Positions 23,603-32,354 of a stretch of DNA of 44,044 bases are shown piece after piece (position 1 is the first letter of the stretch; every line of letters begins with the position of its first letter). The position numbers and the translations under genes were made by a program. Below the pieces are notes generated by a model, which had not been told where the DNA came from, did no database searches, and saw nothing but the letters and a program-made list of their open reading frames with translations. Source of the stretch: a virus; IMG/VR virus record IMGVR_UViG_3300029084_000003. One strand, 5' to 3'.

Positions 23603-24865
23603 TCAATACGCCACCTTGAACTGCAACTTTGGTGCGAAAAAACGAAAATCAATGCTGCCAAGTGCTCCTTCACGATTTTTTGCAATTGTTAAAGTCACAG
23701 TACGGATATCTGATTTTTCGTTCTGCCGATCACTGTTCCAAAGGAATCCAACCGCATTGCTATCTTGTTCAATTGATCCCGACTCTCGTAAATCTGATAG
23801 TACCGGTTGCTTGTCCTGACGATTCTCAATACCTCGTGATAATTGACTAAGCAAAACAATCGGGATACCAAGCTCGTTGGTCAGCACTTTGAATTGACGG
23901 GTGATCTCTTCGATTTGCAGACGGCGATCGGATTGGCTACGAACACCAATCAGCCCAAGATAATCAACAATCGCAAGGTATCCTTTATCTGCATCAGCGG
24001 CTCGCTGCCGCATTGTTTTGACGATCTGCGGTAATTCCACCTGCTTGTCGTAAAGCTGCAAGTGATAGTCTTTAAGGACGTTTCCCGCCTTTTCAACCTC
24101 AACCTTCTCAGCATCGCTTAGACTTTTCTGTGGGTTGATGAATTTACCAGCACTGATGCCAGTCTTGCAGGCCAACAAGCGGTTGTAGTTTTCTGCATTT
24201 GACATTTCAAGCGAAAACATATCAACTGTCAATTCCGGTTGCTGTTTCAAAGCCTCAATGATGAGATTGACCGCGAATGCTGATTTACCGACACCAGGGC
24301 GCGCACCAATCGTCAACAAACGTCCCGGCATCAAGCCACCACCAAGAATATTGTTAAGAGTGAAGTACGTTTTAATCCCATTGTCAGTAGCACCGTGGAT
24401 CATTTTGTCCTCCATGTCCGCTGCCAAATCTGCAATGCTACTTTCAGTTACCGTCTGGCTTGCTGCAGTCGCATTCTGTGAAGCCTCCATCATTGCTGTC
24501 AGGTTGTCCTCACTTGGTTCTTCCGAGTACGCTTGTGCTGCTTTAATGAGCTGACTACGGAAATAGTCCCGCTTTAGCTTGCCAACCCACCAGTCAAAAC
24601 GTGAGGTGCCAAAATCACTGGTCATAATGTATTGCCAATCTGCTGCTGACATCACGCCTGGATGAGCTGTTGCAAAACCATCCTGCAATTCCAGCGTATC
24701 TACGTCACCTGGCAACTTGTTCATGTAGGCAACTACTGCAGCGTATTGCTGGCTGTTAAACCATTTAGGATCAATCCATTCAGACTTGATGAGTTCCGGC
24801 TTCGTATATAGTCCATACATGACATGTGGTTCAGGATTGCTAGGGTCATAAAGTTTTTTTGTCAA
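23603..24865 (-). CDS. Replicative DNA helicase (DnaB-like)
   Basis: 420 aa. Walker A GARPGVGKSAF, then IVDYLGLI and SQLSRG motifs. Confidence 0.85.
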   Translation of the reverse strand: MTKKLYDPSNPEPHVMYGLYTKPELIKSEWIDPKWFNSQQYAAVVAYMNKLPGDVDTLELQDGFATAHPGVMSAADWQYIMTSDFGTSRFDWWVGKLKRDYFRSQLIKAAQAYSEEPSEDNLTAMMEASQNATAASQTVTESSIADLAADMEDKMIHGATDNGIKTYFTLNNILGGGLMPGRLLTIGARPGVGKSAFAVNLIIEALKQQPELTVDMFSLEMSNAENYNRLLACKTGISAGKFINPQKSLSDAEKVEVEKAGNVLKDYHLQLYDKQVELPQIVKTMRQRAADADKGYLAIVDYLGLIGVRSQSDRRLQIEEITRQFKVLTNELGIPIVLLSQLSRGIENRQDKQPVLSDLRESGSIEQDSNAVGFLWNSDRQNEKSDIRTVTLTIAKNREGALGSIDFRFFAPKLQFKVAY

Positions 24866-25695
24866 GCTTGTTGCCTCCGTTCATCGTATTCAGCAATGTA
24901 ACGTTTAGCATCTTCTGGATCGATCGGAATACCCTGCGCTTTGATTTCCTCAAGCACGCGATCTAGGCTGTTGTAATCAAGGTACATAGCGATGGCTGTT
25001 TGTTGCGGGTCAAACTTCGGCTTTCGAGCTTCCTGCTCATCTCGTTCTTCCTTTACGACCTCAAGGTAATCGTTCCATGACTCTTGGTTGAAGAAAGTAC
25101 TACCGTCTTTGACAAACCGCTTCTCTGTGCCTTTGCTATTGATTAGCTGTCGATAAGCCACAATGCCATCCTGAATTTGTCTGTTGGTAGCAGGGTTCTT
25201 CTTTCTACTAATTACCCGTTTGTAAGCAGCTAACGCCGGCTTCTTGCCGATCTTCTTTGGATACAGTTTCCATAGCTTTTCAAAGTCACTCTCTAACGTG
25301 CTGGATGCACGTATGTTTTTATTAATACTTGTATTATTCTCTTGCCCGTTTTTGGGCATAGGGTATACCCGTTTTTGGCTATAGGTATTACCATTTTCGG
25401 ACATAGGGTCTGTACGAATTTTGATATACCTTTTTTCAATTTCTTTGGTACCGTCTTTGTATTTGACATGACGTTCAATATATCCGCTGTCTTCTAAAGC
25501 ACGTAGCCATCTTTGTATAGTGGTTTGACCTACCTCGTACAAAGTCATAAAGTACTGATCGCTCGCCCAACAAGAGCCGCTCTTACTGCTGAGTGCCGTG
25601 ATCTCGCTGTACAGAAGCTTTGCTCCTTGTGGTAGCTGTTTGTCATAGCGCACACCTGCTGGAATGATGGCATAGTAACTAGGGCTTTCATTCAT
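24862..25695 (-). CDS. Replication initiation / replisome organiser protein (wHTH N-terminus, DnaD-like C-terminus)
   Basis: Trimmed to MNESPSYYAIIPAGVRYDKQLPQGAKLLYSEITALS...IQRWLRALEDSGYI. Lies directly upstream of the helicase. Confidence 0.65.
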   Translation of the reverse strand: MNESPSYYAIIPAGVRYDKQLPQGAKLLYSEITALSSKSGSCWASDQYFMTLYEVGQTTIQRWLRALEDSGYIERHVKYKDGTKEIEKRYIKIRTDPMSENGNTYSQKRVYPMPKNGQENNTSINKNIRASSTLESDFEKLWKLYPKKIGKKPALAAYKRVISRKKNPATNRQIQDGIVAYRQLINSKGTEKRFVKDGSTFFNQESWNDYLEVVKEERDEQEARKPKFDPQQTAIAMYLDYNSLDRVLEEIKAQGIPIDPEDAKRYIAEYDERRQQA

Positions 25696-25711
25696 GATCG
25701 ACACCGCCTTC

Positions 25712-26269
25712 CTAGAATGGAAGATCATCATCACTGATATCGATTGGCTGACCGTTGTTGGCAAATGGATCGGCTGCATTGGTTTGGTTTGCTTGTGCTT
25801 GTGTACCGAAAGACGGATTAGAATTTGAAACAGATGCAGCTTTGCTATCTTTCCAGCGGTGCTGAATCTGCGGGAAATCCGTTGGCTCCCACTTCTTGAT
25901 ATGCGGATAGGTTTTACCGTTGTATTCTTCGTTTTTGACGGTAACTTTAACAGCATGGCCCGTGAAATCTGCAAGCATCGCCGCAAGATCAGCCCACTTC
26001 TTATGGTCTGGAATGCCAGCATTTTTGCCAATCATGAATAGGTATCCCATTGCATACTCTCCGGTGTCTTTCTTTGGATATTGGTTGTCGAAGATATGCT
26101 TGTTCTGATATTTCTGTGGAACGTCATTGCGTACAATTAGATCAAACTTGATAAACTCACGATCTTTGTAGTTGTCAAATCCAAAGCGGTTAATAACGCA
26201 TTCATATACACCATCTTGAATGTCGCCATTTCCTTCTGCTGCTTGTGAGTAGTCCATTGTGATAGCCAT
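25712..26269 (-). CDS. Single-stranded DNA-binding-like protein (DUF669-type) with an acidic SSB tail
   Basis: The C-terminus ...DISDDDLPF mimics the SSB protein-interaction tip. Lies next to the Sak4-like ATPase. Confidence 0.6.
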   Translation of the reverse strand: MAITMDYSQAAEGNGDIQDGVYECVINRFGFDNYKDREFIKFDLIVRNDVPQKYQNKHIFDNQYPKKDTGEYAMGYLFMIGKNAGIPDHKKWADLAAMLADFTGHAVKVTVKNEEYNGKTYPHIKKWEPTDFPQIQHRWKDSKAASVSNSNPSFGTQAQANQTNAADPFANNGQPIDISDDDLPF

Positions 26270-26272
26270 GTT

Positions 26273-26980
26273 TTAGTCCTCCTGTTTGACTGATTTTTCC
26301 TGATTTCCAAATTTGAATAGCTCGTTAATTGGCACCAACTTTCGATTGTCTAATCTGTTTTTAGCAAAGATTGCATCGGTTCCCTCAAGAATGACGCCAC
26401 GGCCATCAGTCTTGGGATTAACTACTACGCGTCCTACAACGTCCGTCAGTCCTAATAGTCCGTCACGTACGCTGTCACGAATTGCTGGTGCATACTGGCT
26501 GAATGATTGCCCAGTTTCGCTCGTAACATCTCGTGTGTTTTCCCAAGCAGTTACTAGCACGTTTACTGGTGCGTCCATGAAGATCATGGTCATGATGCGG
26601 GCAAAGTAATTTGTCCACCTTGAGTAATCCTGAAGCTCGTTGCCAATACCGTTTTTACTGTGCCTACCCATCTCAACAAACCAGTCTTTTTCGAACGCTG
26701 AAACGTTGTCGATCACCAGATTGTCATATCCGGAAACACGTTCAGCCAGATTTTTCAGAAATTCTTTCCATTCTTCGCTTGGCTTACTTCGGTCAAATGG
26801 TTGCACATCGATGTTCGGTGCACCAGATAGCACTTTTGAACTGTCATCCAGATCTAGCACGAGTGTTTTGCCATTAAGATTGCGGATAGCTGACGTCTTA
26901 CCGACACCAGGCTTTCCATAAATCAAAACTCGCCAGTTATTTGTTCGATCAATTGAAGATGCATGTTTAATTGGCTGCAT
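26273..26980 (-). CDS. Sak4-like RecA-fold ATPase (AAA_24-type recombination protein)
   Basis: Walker A YGKPGVGKTS and Walker B LVLDLDD. Size and synteny match. Confidence 0.7.
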   Translation of the reverse strand: MQPIKHASSIDRTNNWRVLIYGKPGVGKTSAIRNLNGKTLVLDLDDSSKVLSGAPNIDVQPFDRSKPSEEWKEFLKNLAERVSGYDNLVIDNVSAFEKDWFVEMGRHSKNGIGNELQDYSRWTNYFARIMTMIFMDAPVNVLVTAWENTRDVTSETGQSFSQYAPAIRDSVRDGLLGLTDVVGRVVVNPKTDGRGVILEGTDAIFAKNRLDNRKLVPINELFKFGNQEKSVKQED

Positions 26981-27466
26981 CTACCGCACCCCCAGTCCAA
27001 TGTTCTCAACCAGTCGCGCGTTTGGTACCTCGCGGCCAGCTTGTAACGCTTTCTTCAAGTCAGCTTTGTTTACCATCAACGTGGTCTTAATGAACTCTGG
27101 TGGCAACTTATTCGGGTCTTCTGGTGCTTCCACGCTCACTGTTCTGCGAGTGTAAATACTGAACAGTGGTGTATGAATGTGTTCACGACCAGTTTCAACC
27201 ATCGCTTGCGCCAATCGTGATTTGATTGTCGCAGCGTTTTTCTTGGCACTTGTCTTTCGTTCTTGCAAACGCCTGATTTCAGCGTCGATTTCTTTGATGT
27301 CTGCTTCGACTGATTTATAGACTTTGACATAGCCAACCGCCTTATCATCAAAGTCGCCCTCAACCATTTCCATCGTGTCAGCAATAGCTTCTGGATCAGC
27401 CTTGCCACTTTCTGCCAGTCGTTGCAAACTGGTCAATTTGTCTGTTAAGTCGTATAATACTGACAT
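26981..27466 (-). CDS. Siphovirus Gp157-family protein
   Basis: 161 aa, coiled-coil. First gene of the recombination module, as in Sfi21-like phages. Confidence 0.5.
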   Translation of the reverse strand: MSVLYDLTDKLTSLQRLAESGKADPEAIADTMEMVEGDFDDKAVGYVKVYKSVEADIKEIDAEIRRLQERKTSAKKNAATIKSRLAQAMVETGREHIHTPLFSIYTRRTVSVEAPEDPNKLPPEFIKTTLMVNKADLKKALQAGREVPNARLVENIGLGVR

Positions 27467-27484
27467 CTAATATTTTCCTTTCTA

Positions 27485-27688
27485 TCAGTCGTTGGTCTGG
27501 ACGCCAGCGGCTTTTTTCATGACTTGTTTGATAATGAATAGGATTGTGTCGGCGCCATCTTCCTGACCCATTGCGTATGTTTGCTTGGAGTCTGTATTGT
27601 CAGGACCATAATCATAAGCAACCTTGCGATATGCTGCGATCTGGCGGTTCGCTTCGGCTAAAATGTGCTCGTATACCTCATTAGTCAT
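27485..27688 (-). CDS. Hypothetical protein
   Basis: 67-aa ORF. Co-oriented and tightly spaced with its neighbours. Confidence 0.4.
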   Translation of the reverse strand: MTNEVYEHILAEANRQIAAYRKVAYDYGPDNTDSKQTYAMGQEDGADTILFIIKQVMKKAAGVQTND

Positions 27689-27692
27689 TAGG

Positions 27693-27845
27693 TCATCCCC
27701 TTAGTTTTGCTAGTCGTGCACGTAACTTCTCTTTCTCGGCAAGCAACATCTTTGCAATCGGTGTGTGGTTGCCGCGCATAATGTCTAACGTCAATTTGTT
27801 GTGTTCGTTCAGTAAATCACCAATGGTACGTTCTGCTTCATTCAA
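27693..27845 (-). CDS. Hypothetical 50-aa coiled-coil protein (TTG start)
   Basis: Manual translation: RBS GGAGGCAGTGGA, then TTG. Reads MNEAERTIGDLLNEHNKLTLDIMRGNHTPIAKMLLAEKEKLRARLAKLRG. Confidence 0.3.
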   Translation of the reverse strand: MNEAERTIGDLLNEHNKLTLDIMRGNHTPIAKMLLAEKEKLRARLAKLRG

Positions 27846-27930
27846 TCCACTGCCTCCAATTTCCGCTGTGGCCTAAGCAGTGACCAATGATCACGCCGAA
27901 GGCACCACCAATTAGTAAATATTCAATCAT
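27838..27930 (-). CDS. 30-aa hydrophobic peptide
   Basis: MIEYLLIGGAFGVIIGHCLGHSGNWRQWIE. TAATG overlap with the upstream gene. Confidence 0.3.
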   Translation of the reverse strand: MIEYLLIGGAFGVIIGHCLGHSGNWRQWIE

Positions 27931-28286
27931 TATTTGCCCTTCTCTCTAAGTGACCTTGAAATCTCTGGGAACCATTTGTCTAAGAAGTCGAGCCATGGTT
28001 TCGGATGAAACAGATACCCCTTTTTTCCAGGCGGTGGATATGAAACCACGGTATCTTGCAAGAACTTGTGGAAGCGTGGGACGTTCAAGATATTGTTAAC
28101 TACCCACGTGTTGTTATGTCCTTCGACATAGCTTGTTGCGGTTGTGAGCGTCCACATACCTCGTGCTGCTAGCTTGCGTTTTAACTCTTGGTTCTCCTTG
28201 ATCATCTTTGTCAGTTCTTCTTCATCGACCGCTAAATACTTTTTGCTTGAAATCTGATCATCTTCAACAACCTGTAACAGTGGCAT
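27930..28286 (-). CDS. DUF771-like early protein (excisionase-like fold family)
   Basis: 118 aa. WTLTTATSYVEGHNNTWVVNNIL..PRFHKFLQDTVVSYPPPGKKGYLFHPKPWLDFLDKWF fits the DUF771 pattern common in LAB phages. Confidence 0.45.
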   Translation of the reverse strand: MPLLQVVEDDQISSKKYLAVDEEELTKMIKENQELKRKLAARGMWTLTTATSYVEGHNNTWVVNNILNVPRFHKFLQDTVVSYPPPGKKGYLFHPKPWLDFLDKWFPEISRSLREKGK

Positions 28287-28433
28287 GGCATTTCCTCCTT
28301 TCCTGTGATGGTGCGGAGTTTTTCACTTTTTTGTGATAAACCCATTTGTATAGTGACCGCCGTTTGGGGTTTTCGCCGAAAACGGCGAAAAGTCTTTACC
28401 TTCGATAAATCTATTGCATAGCGACTGATGTTC

Positions 28434-28529
28434 TCACATCCCGAAGTGCTGTAACGTCAAGGACAGTAGTGCAAGAAATATAGCGATGACTGCGAAAGTA
28501 CGTCCCAAGTCTTCGTCATTCACTTGCAT
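28434..28529 (-). CDS. 31-aa single-TM peptide
   Basis: RBS AGAAGGAA. Reads MQVNDEDLGRTFAVIAIFLALLSLTLQHFGM. Preceded by the 19-bp element shared with the Rha gene leader. Confidence 0.3.
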   Translation of the reverse strand: MQVNDEDLGRTFAVIAIFLALLSLTLQHFGM

Positions 28530-28579
28530 TTCCTTCTTTCTTTTGGCCTCCCGTTGGCAGATAATTTGGTGGGAAAGAG

Positions 28580-28945
28580 ATGATATATATGAATGATGAA
28601 TACGAACGTCTTACAAACGATGCAAAGTATTTGCTGTTACAGCTATCGTCAAAATACTTGGAAAGTGTTACTGATGGAAAATCAAAGAGTGATGCAACAA
28701 CAATGGGTTCTACACAGCAAGTCCGTGATGACGTTATGCCTCAGTGGTCCTTACCAGATGTTTCTTTTACGATGGCTGAGCTTCGAGACGCCGGTTTTAT
28801 GAAACTATGGCCGGGCGACGGTTGTTATTACAATTCGTTCATCACCACACAGGCTATTGCGTGGCGTGAACAAAAGTTTGGCAATGATGTCAAAAAGGTT
28901 CTTGATGCCATTGCTGGTGTCAAAAAACTAATCCCGTTCTTTTAG
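28580..28945 (+). CDS. Hypothetical protein, opposite strand inside the early region
   Basis: 121-aa ORF. Convergent with 28942..29145 and overlaps it by 4 nt. No recognisable motif. Confidence 0.45.
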   Translation: MIYMNDEYERLTNDAKYLLLQLSSKYLESVTDGKSKSDATTMGSTQQVRDDVMPQWSLPDVSFTMAELRDAGFMKLWPGDGCYYNSFITTQAIAWREQKFGNDVKKVLDAIAGVKKLIPFF

Positions 28946-29145
28946 CCGTATGGGATCCAGTCCTTAGCCGTGAGATCATCGCTGTATGGCATCCATTTTT
29001 GACTTGGATCTTGTCCTATTGATGTCATGAGGAACCCAGCATTTGTATTGGTCGGTATAAGAATCATCGGACGAGGAAACCACGTCTTACGAGTAATCCC
29101 TCTTTTTTGCGTCTCCGCTTTCTTAATCGCTTGGTTGATATACAT
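28942..29145 (-). CDS. DUF2829-like small protein (the family of the Thoeris anti-defence protein Tad2)
   Basis: INQAIKKAETQKRGITRKTW ... KWMPYSDDLTAKDWIPY matches the two conserved DUF2829 blocks (A..L..GK.I.RK.W and W.PSQ.D.LA.DW). Strong RBS AAGGAGAAG. Confidence 0.5.
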   Translation of the reverse strand: MYINQAIKKAETQKRGITRKTWFPRPMILIPTNTNAGFLMTSIGQDPSQKWMPYSDDLTAKDWIPYG

Positions 29146-29243
29146 TATTTTGTCTTCTCCTTATCATTTTGTTGGTAACGTCCTAGTGACGAAGGCTAAC
29201 GGCGTTGCTGCAATCAAGAACCTTAATCTGGAGAGTTTGGATT

Positions 29244-29393
29244 CTAACGCCCAGTGAGTGACAAAGCGGTTTTCAGAGCTGCTTCTTCTTGATCGAGCGA
29301 CAATTCGCTCATGCTAGCGATCAAGCTCAGTGCTATTTGTGCAAGCATCTCTTGTTCATAAGGTGCTTGCTTTTTTTCATTGCGTTCGTTCAT
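29244..29393 (-). CDS. Hypothetical 49-aa protein
   Basis: ATGA overlap with the Rha gene stop. Reads MNERNEKKQAPYEQEMLAQIALSLIASMSELSLDQEEAALKTALSLTGR. Confidence 0.35.
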   Translation of the reverse strand: MNERNEKKQAPYEQEMLAQIALSLIASMSELSLDQEEAALKTALSLTGR

Positions 29394-30115
29394 ACCGTCA
29401 TCCCCTTTTGTAGAAACTTGTTGATAAAATACTGCTGGCCTTTGCCAGTCACCTTTGGGGTCTTCTGAACTGTTACATGGCCGTCCGAGTGACTGATCGC
29501 CGTTTCCTTGACCTCGAACAAGCCTAGCTCCATCGCGCGTTGTGTCGGCGAGTTATAGTCGGCACCAATCCGTTTAATCAAATAGCCTTGCTCACGTAGC
29601 CAGGCGAACAACCGCTTGGCACCAATGTCAACTCCGTTCTGTTTGAGCACCTTGGCAAGATCACCGACCAAGATAGTTGTGTGACTTGTGGCTACCGCGT
29701 CTGCAAACAACGCTTTAGGCTTCATATCTTCAATCTGTTCAGCCTGACTAGCTGCCAGCTTCAATGCCTCGGCATAACTTCCCGGGATTGCATAACCCGT
29801 TCTGATCTGCGTTTCCATACTGTTAAAGGCTTGGATGTACTGAATCTTGAACTGAAGCGCACGCTTCCCAGTGAATCCAACAGCCAGCAATGTGAATCCG
29901 TCACGATTCATGTAGTACATTGGATTCGTTTTCCCATTAGAAGCGGTGTAACTACCATCAATAAAGTACTTTTTTAGTACAGCGTAATTTTCCGCGCTAC
30001 TCATCAAATCACGAATTGCCGCTAGTACATCTCTGTGGTTCTTTCCAAATGATTCAGCGACCTTAAGACTGGTGGTGACTGCCTGACGGTCGTGCATAAT
30101 TATTAATTCATTCAA
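29390..30115 (-). CDS. Rha-family regulator fused to a KilAC/ANT antirepressor domain
   Basis: N-terminus: DRQAVTTSLKVAESFGKNHRDVLAAIRDL (Rha). C-terminus: LFADAVATSHTTILVGDLAKVLKQNGVDIGAKRLFAWLREQGYL (KilAC). Confidence 0.75.
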   Translation of the reverse strand: MNELIIMHDRQAVTTSLKVAESFGKNHRDVLAAIRDLMSSAENYAVLKKYFIDGSYTASNGKTNPMYYMNRDGFTLLAVGFTGKRALQFKIQYIQAFNSMETQIRTGYAIPGSYAEALKLAASQAEQIEDMKPKALFADAVATSHTTILVGDLAKVLKQNGVDIGAKRLFAWLREQGYLIKRIGADYNSPTQRAMELGLFEVKETAISHSDGHVTVQKTPKVTGKGQQYFINKFLQKGMTV

Positions 30116-30216
30116 TGTGTTCCCTTCTTTCTTTTGGCCTCATTCATTAACGATGGCCATTTCACGTGCTTGACCTGAGGTACCGATTTGGTACTTCAGC
30201 TGGTCTTCTTCTTCAA

Positions 30217-30480
30217 CTATGAGACGGTAACAAAGTCTTGCTTGCCACCGGGGGTCATCAATTTGGTGACTCCTTTTTCAGTTGCGAGATTGGTCTCGCC
30301 TGATAAGCCCCCTAAGTTAAACTTAGTCACCTCATCGCCGTCTAATGATTTCAACGCTACCGTTGTGTTTGTTAGTTTCAGCGCATTCGTAATATCCGGT
30401 GCTGAAAACCAGATAATGCCGTTTGAGCTGACAGTCCGAATTTGGTTATCCTCGAACTGAAATAGTTGTAGTTCGTTCAT
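30217..30480 (-). CDS. BRO-N domain protein (short, possibly truncated antirepressor)
   Basis: LQLFQFEDNQIRTVSSNGIIWFSAPDITNALKL...PGGKQ is a BRO-N pattern. The ORF stops early, and a further coding-like stretch continues in another frame (30116..30216). Confidence 0.6.
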   Translation of the reverse strand: MNELQLFQFEDNQIRTVSSNGIIWFSAPDITNALKLTNTTVALKSLDGDEVTKFNLGGLSGETNLATEKGVTKLMTPGGKQDFVTVS

Positions 30481-30743
30481 ACCGTCTCCCCCTTTGTAAG
30501 CAAATATTTTTTGCCAACTACAAATGTTTCGTAGTCTTTGGGCAAAAAAATAATCGAATCAAATGGTAGTTTAACTAGCTTTGCAAACTCAAAAGCTTTA
30601 TCTGTTCGCAAAACTTTTCGATATTTCTCATAGTCAGCATAGGTTTTGGTGCTCATTCCCAGCGCTTCCGCTACTTCTTTCTGTGAAAAATGCAAGTTGT
30701 TTCGTGCTCCTTCAAGCGTAAAAGCTGGTTCAATTCCTGTCAT
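30477..30743 (-). CDS. cro: Cro-like HTH (XRE family) regulator
   Basis: MTGIEPAFTLEGARNNLHFSQKEVAEALGMSTKTYADYEK, with RBS AAGGAGG. Divergent from the cI-like gene. Confidence 0.7.
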   Translation of the reverse strand: MTGIEPAFTLEGARNNLHFSQKEVAEALGMSTKTYADYEKYRKVLRTDKAFEFAKLVKLPFDSIIFLPKDYETFVVGKKYLLTKGETV

Positions 30744-30891
30744 TTTCGTTCCTCCTTTCAACAAAACTAAATATACTACGAATAGTTAGTAGTTGCAATA
30801 GCTTTTTGCAAATAAATTGTATTTAGGTATGTACTTTTCTACGCAACAGGTGTACATTATAGCCAGCATAAATAGGAAATGAGGAAACGAA
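30744..30891. promoter_or_regulatory. Genetic switch: divergent promoter/operator region between cro and cI
   Basis: 148-bp AT-rich spacer. Leftward TTGCAA-17 nt-TATATT is readable on the minus strand (30798..30770). Repeated TTGCAA and GGT(A)TGTAC half-sites are present. Operators are not resolved. Confidence 0.5.
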
Positions 30892-31539
30892 ATGAATACT
30901 GGAGACACCATAAAAAAGCTAAGAAAAACCCGCGGGATGACGCAATCTGATTTGGCTAACAGATTGGGAGTTGCTCCGACCACTGTGTCTTCTTGGGAAC
31001 GTGGAGCTGCTTATCCATTAATGACTACTGCTAAATCCATAGCAGATATCTTCGGTGTTCCTGTTTCTGTGATTGCTGGAGAAAAAGAGATCTCAAATAT
31101 TGCTCCATCTATGCCTGTACACTCCTACAAATACTTAGATGCAGGGGTTTCATGTGGTGCCCCTGAATTGGTTGAAGCTTATACGAAAGACAACTTGGAA
31201 GAAATCCAATTATCAGATGCCATAATGGGACGCTACGCTGGTGATGATGACATTCTTATCATACATGCCAACGGCGAATCAATGAACAGAGTTTTCCCTG
31301 ATGGTGCGCTTCTCGCAGTAAAGCGGACAGATGATCTAAGCAATGGAGACATTGTCGTCTTCTCAATTGACAATGAAGATTTTTCTTGCAAACGTTACTA
31401 TAAAAACGATGAAGCTAAAGTAGTCTCTTTTCAGCCTGACAGTGATGATCCTCGTTTTGAACCATACGTTTATCGTTATGAAGATGCAGACAATGTCGCT
31501 ATATTTGGTAAGGTTGTCGTATACACAGTCGTTTTATAA
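30892..31539 (+). CDS. cI: CI-like repressor (HTH_XRE + S24 LexA-type autopeptidase)
   Basis: TIKKLRKTRGMTQSDLANRLGVAPTTVSSWERG (HTH). GESMNRVFPDG ... FSCKRY (Ser/Lys dyad region). Confidence 0.85.
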   Translation: MNTGDTIKKLRKTRGMTQSDLANRLGVAPTTVSSWERGAAYPLMTTAKSIADIFGVPVSVIAGEKEISNIAPSMPVHSYKYLDAGVSCGAPELVEAYTKDNLEEIQLSDAIMGRYAGDDDILIIHANGESMNRVFPDGALLAVKRTDDLSNGDIVVFSIDNEDFSCKRYYKNDEAKVVSFQPDSDDPRFEPYVYRYEDADNVAIFGKVVVYTVVL

Positions 31540-31600
31540 AAAATAATCTTACGTCCAAACCCTGATCGACGTTAAAAGCTGAATTTTTTGGAGAGGAATA

Positions 31601-32278
31601 ATGAAACTACTTATCTTAATTGCCTTTTTGGGATCGCTCCTATTGGCTGCAATATTTGGCACATTGTCTATAGTCCAACGAAAGGACTCGAGAAAACTAA
31701 AACGGAACCTTATTATTACCGCGTTGTCGGCAATAGCATTTATTGCAATCTTTTTTTGGATTGGCACCTATTCGGGAGAAAGCAACAGGTCAGCTGCATC
31801 TAGTTCGTATTCGAAAGCTGAGTCGTCAAAGGTCGAGTCGTCACAAGATGATGATGACAGTTACGAAGACACTGATAGCGATGACTCTGATGATGAAGAA
31901 TCATCAAGCACAGAAACATTCAACGCAGCTGACTACAACACTGGGATCACTTATGAACAATTGGCACGGACTCCAAACGACTACAAGGGCAAGAACATCA
32001 CTTTAACGGGCAAAGTTATTCAAGTCGTTGAGGGTGACGATGAAACTGATTTGCGTGTTGCAGTTGATGGTAATTATGACAATGTAATTATGGTCGGTTA
32101 TGATCCAGATATTATGAACGGATCTCGCATTCTAGAAAATGACAAGATCACCTTCTATGCTGAAAGCTTGGGTACCACCACTTACAAATCAACCATGGGT
32201 GGCAAAATCACAGTTCCATTGGCTTTGGCCAAAAAGATTGATGACGCCGGAACTGCTACCGACGACTATGGTGATTAG
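31601..32278 (+). CDS. Membrane-anchored protein with an acidic linker and a beta-rich ectodomain (possible superinfection exclusion)
   Basis: Two N-terminal TM helices, a Ser/Asp/Glu-rich linker and a C-terminal globular domain. Sits directly after cI on the lysogeny strand. Confidence 0.4.
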   Translation: MKLLILIAFLGSLLLAAIFGTLSIVQRKDSRKLKRNLIITALSAIAFIAIFFWIGTYSGESNRSAASSSYSKAESSKVESSQDDDDSYEDTDSDDSDDEESSSTETFNAADYNTGITYEQLARTPNDYKGKNITLTGKVIQVVEGDDETDLRVAVDGNYDNVIMVGYDPDIMNGSRILENDKITFYAESLGTTTYKSTMGGKITVPLALAKKIDDAGTATDDYGD

Positions 32279-32354
32279 TTCCTTCCCCCACGCAAGCGGC
32301 AGTATTAGATTAAAGCTGGAAAAATAAAAGTCCGCTCAAGAGAACAAATAAGAG

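Noticed and set aside
24862-26031. 389-aa version of the replisome organiser ORF
   Set aside because: The first 112 codons overlap the SSB-like gene in another frame and translate to basic low-complexity sequence. The ATG at 25695, with an RBS just after the SSB stop, gives a sensible wHTH N-terminus.
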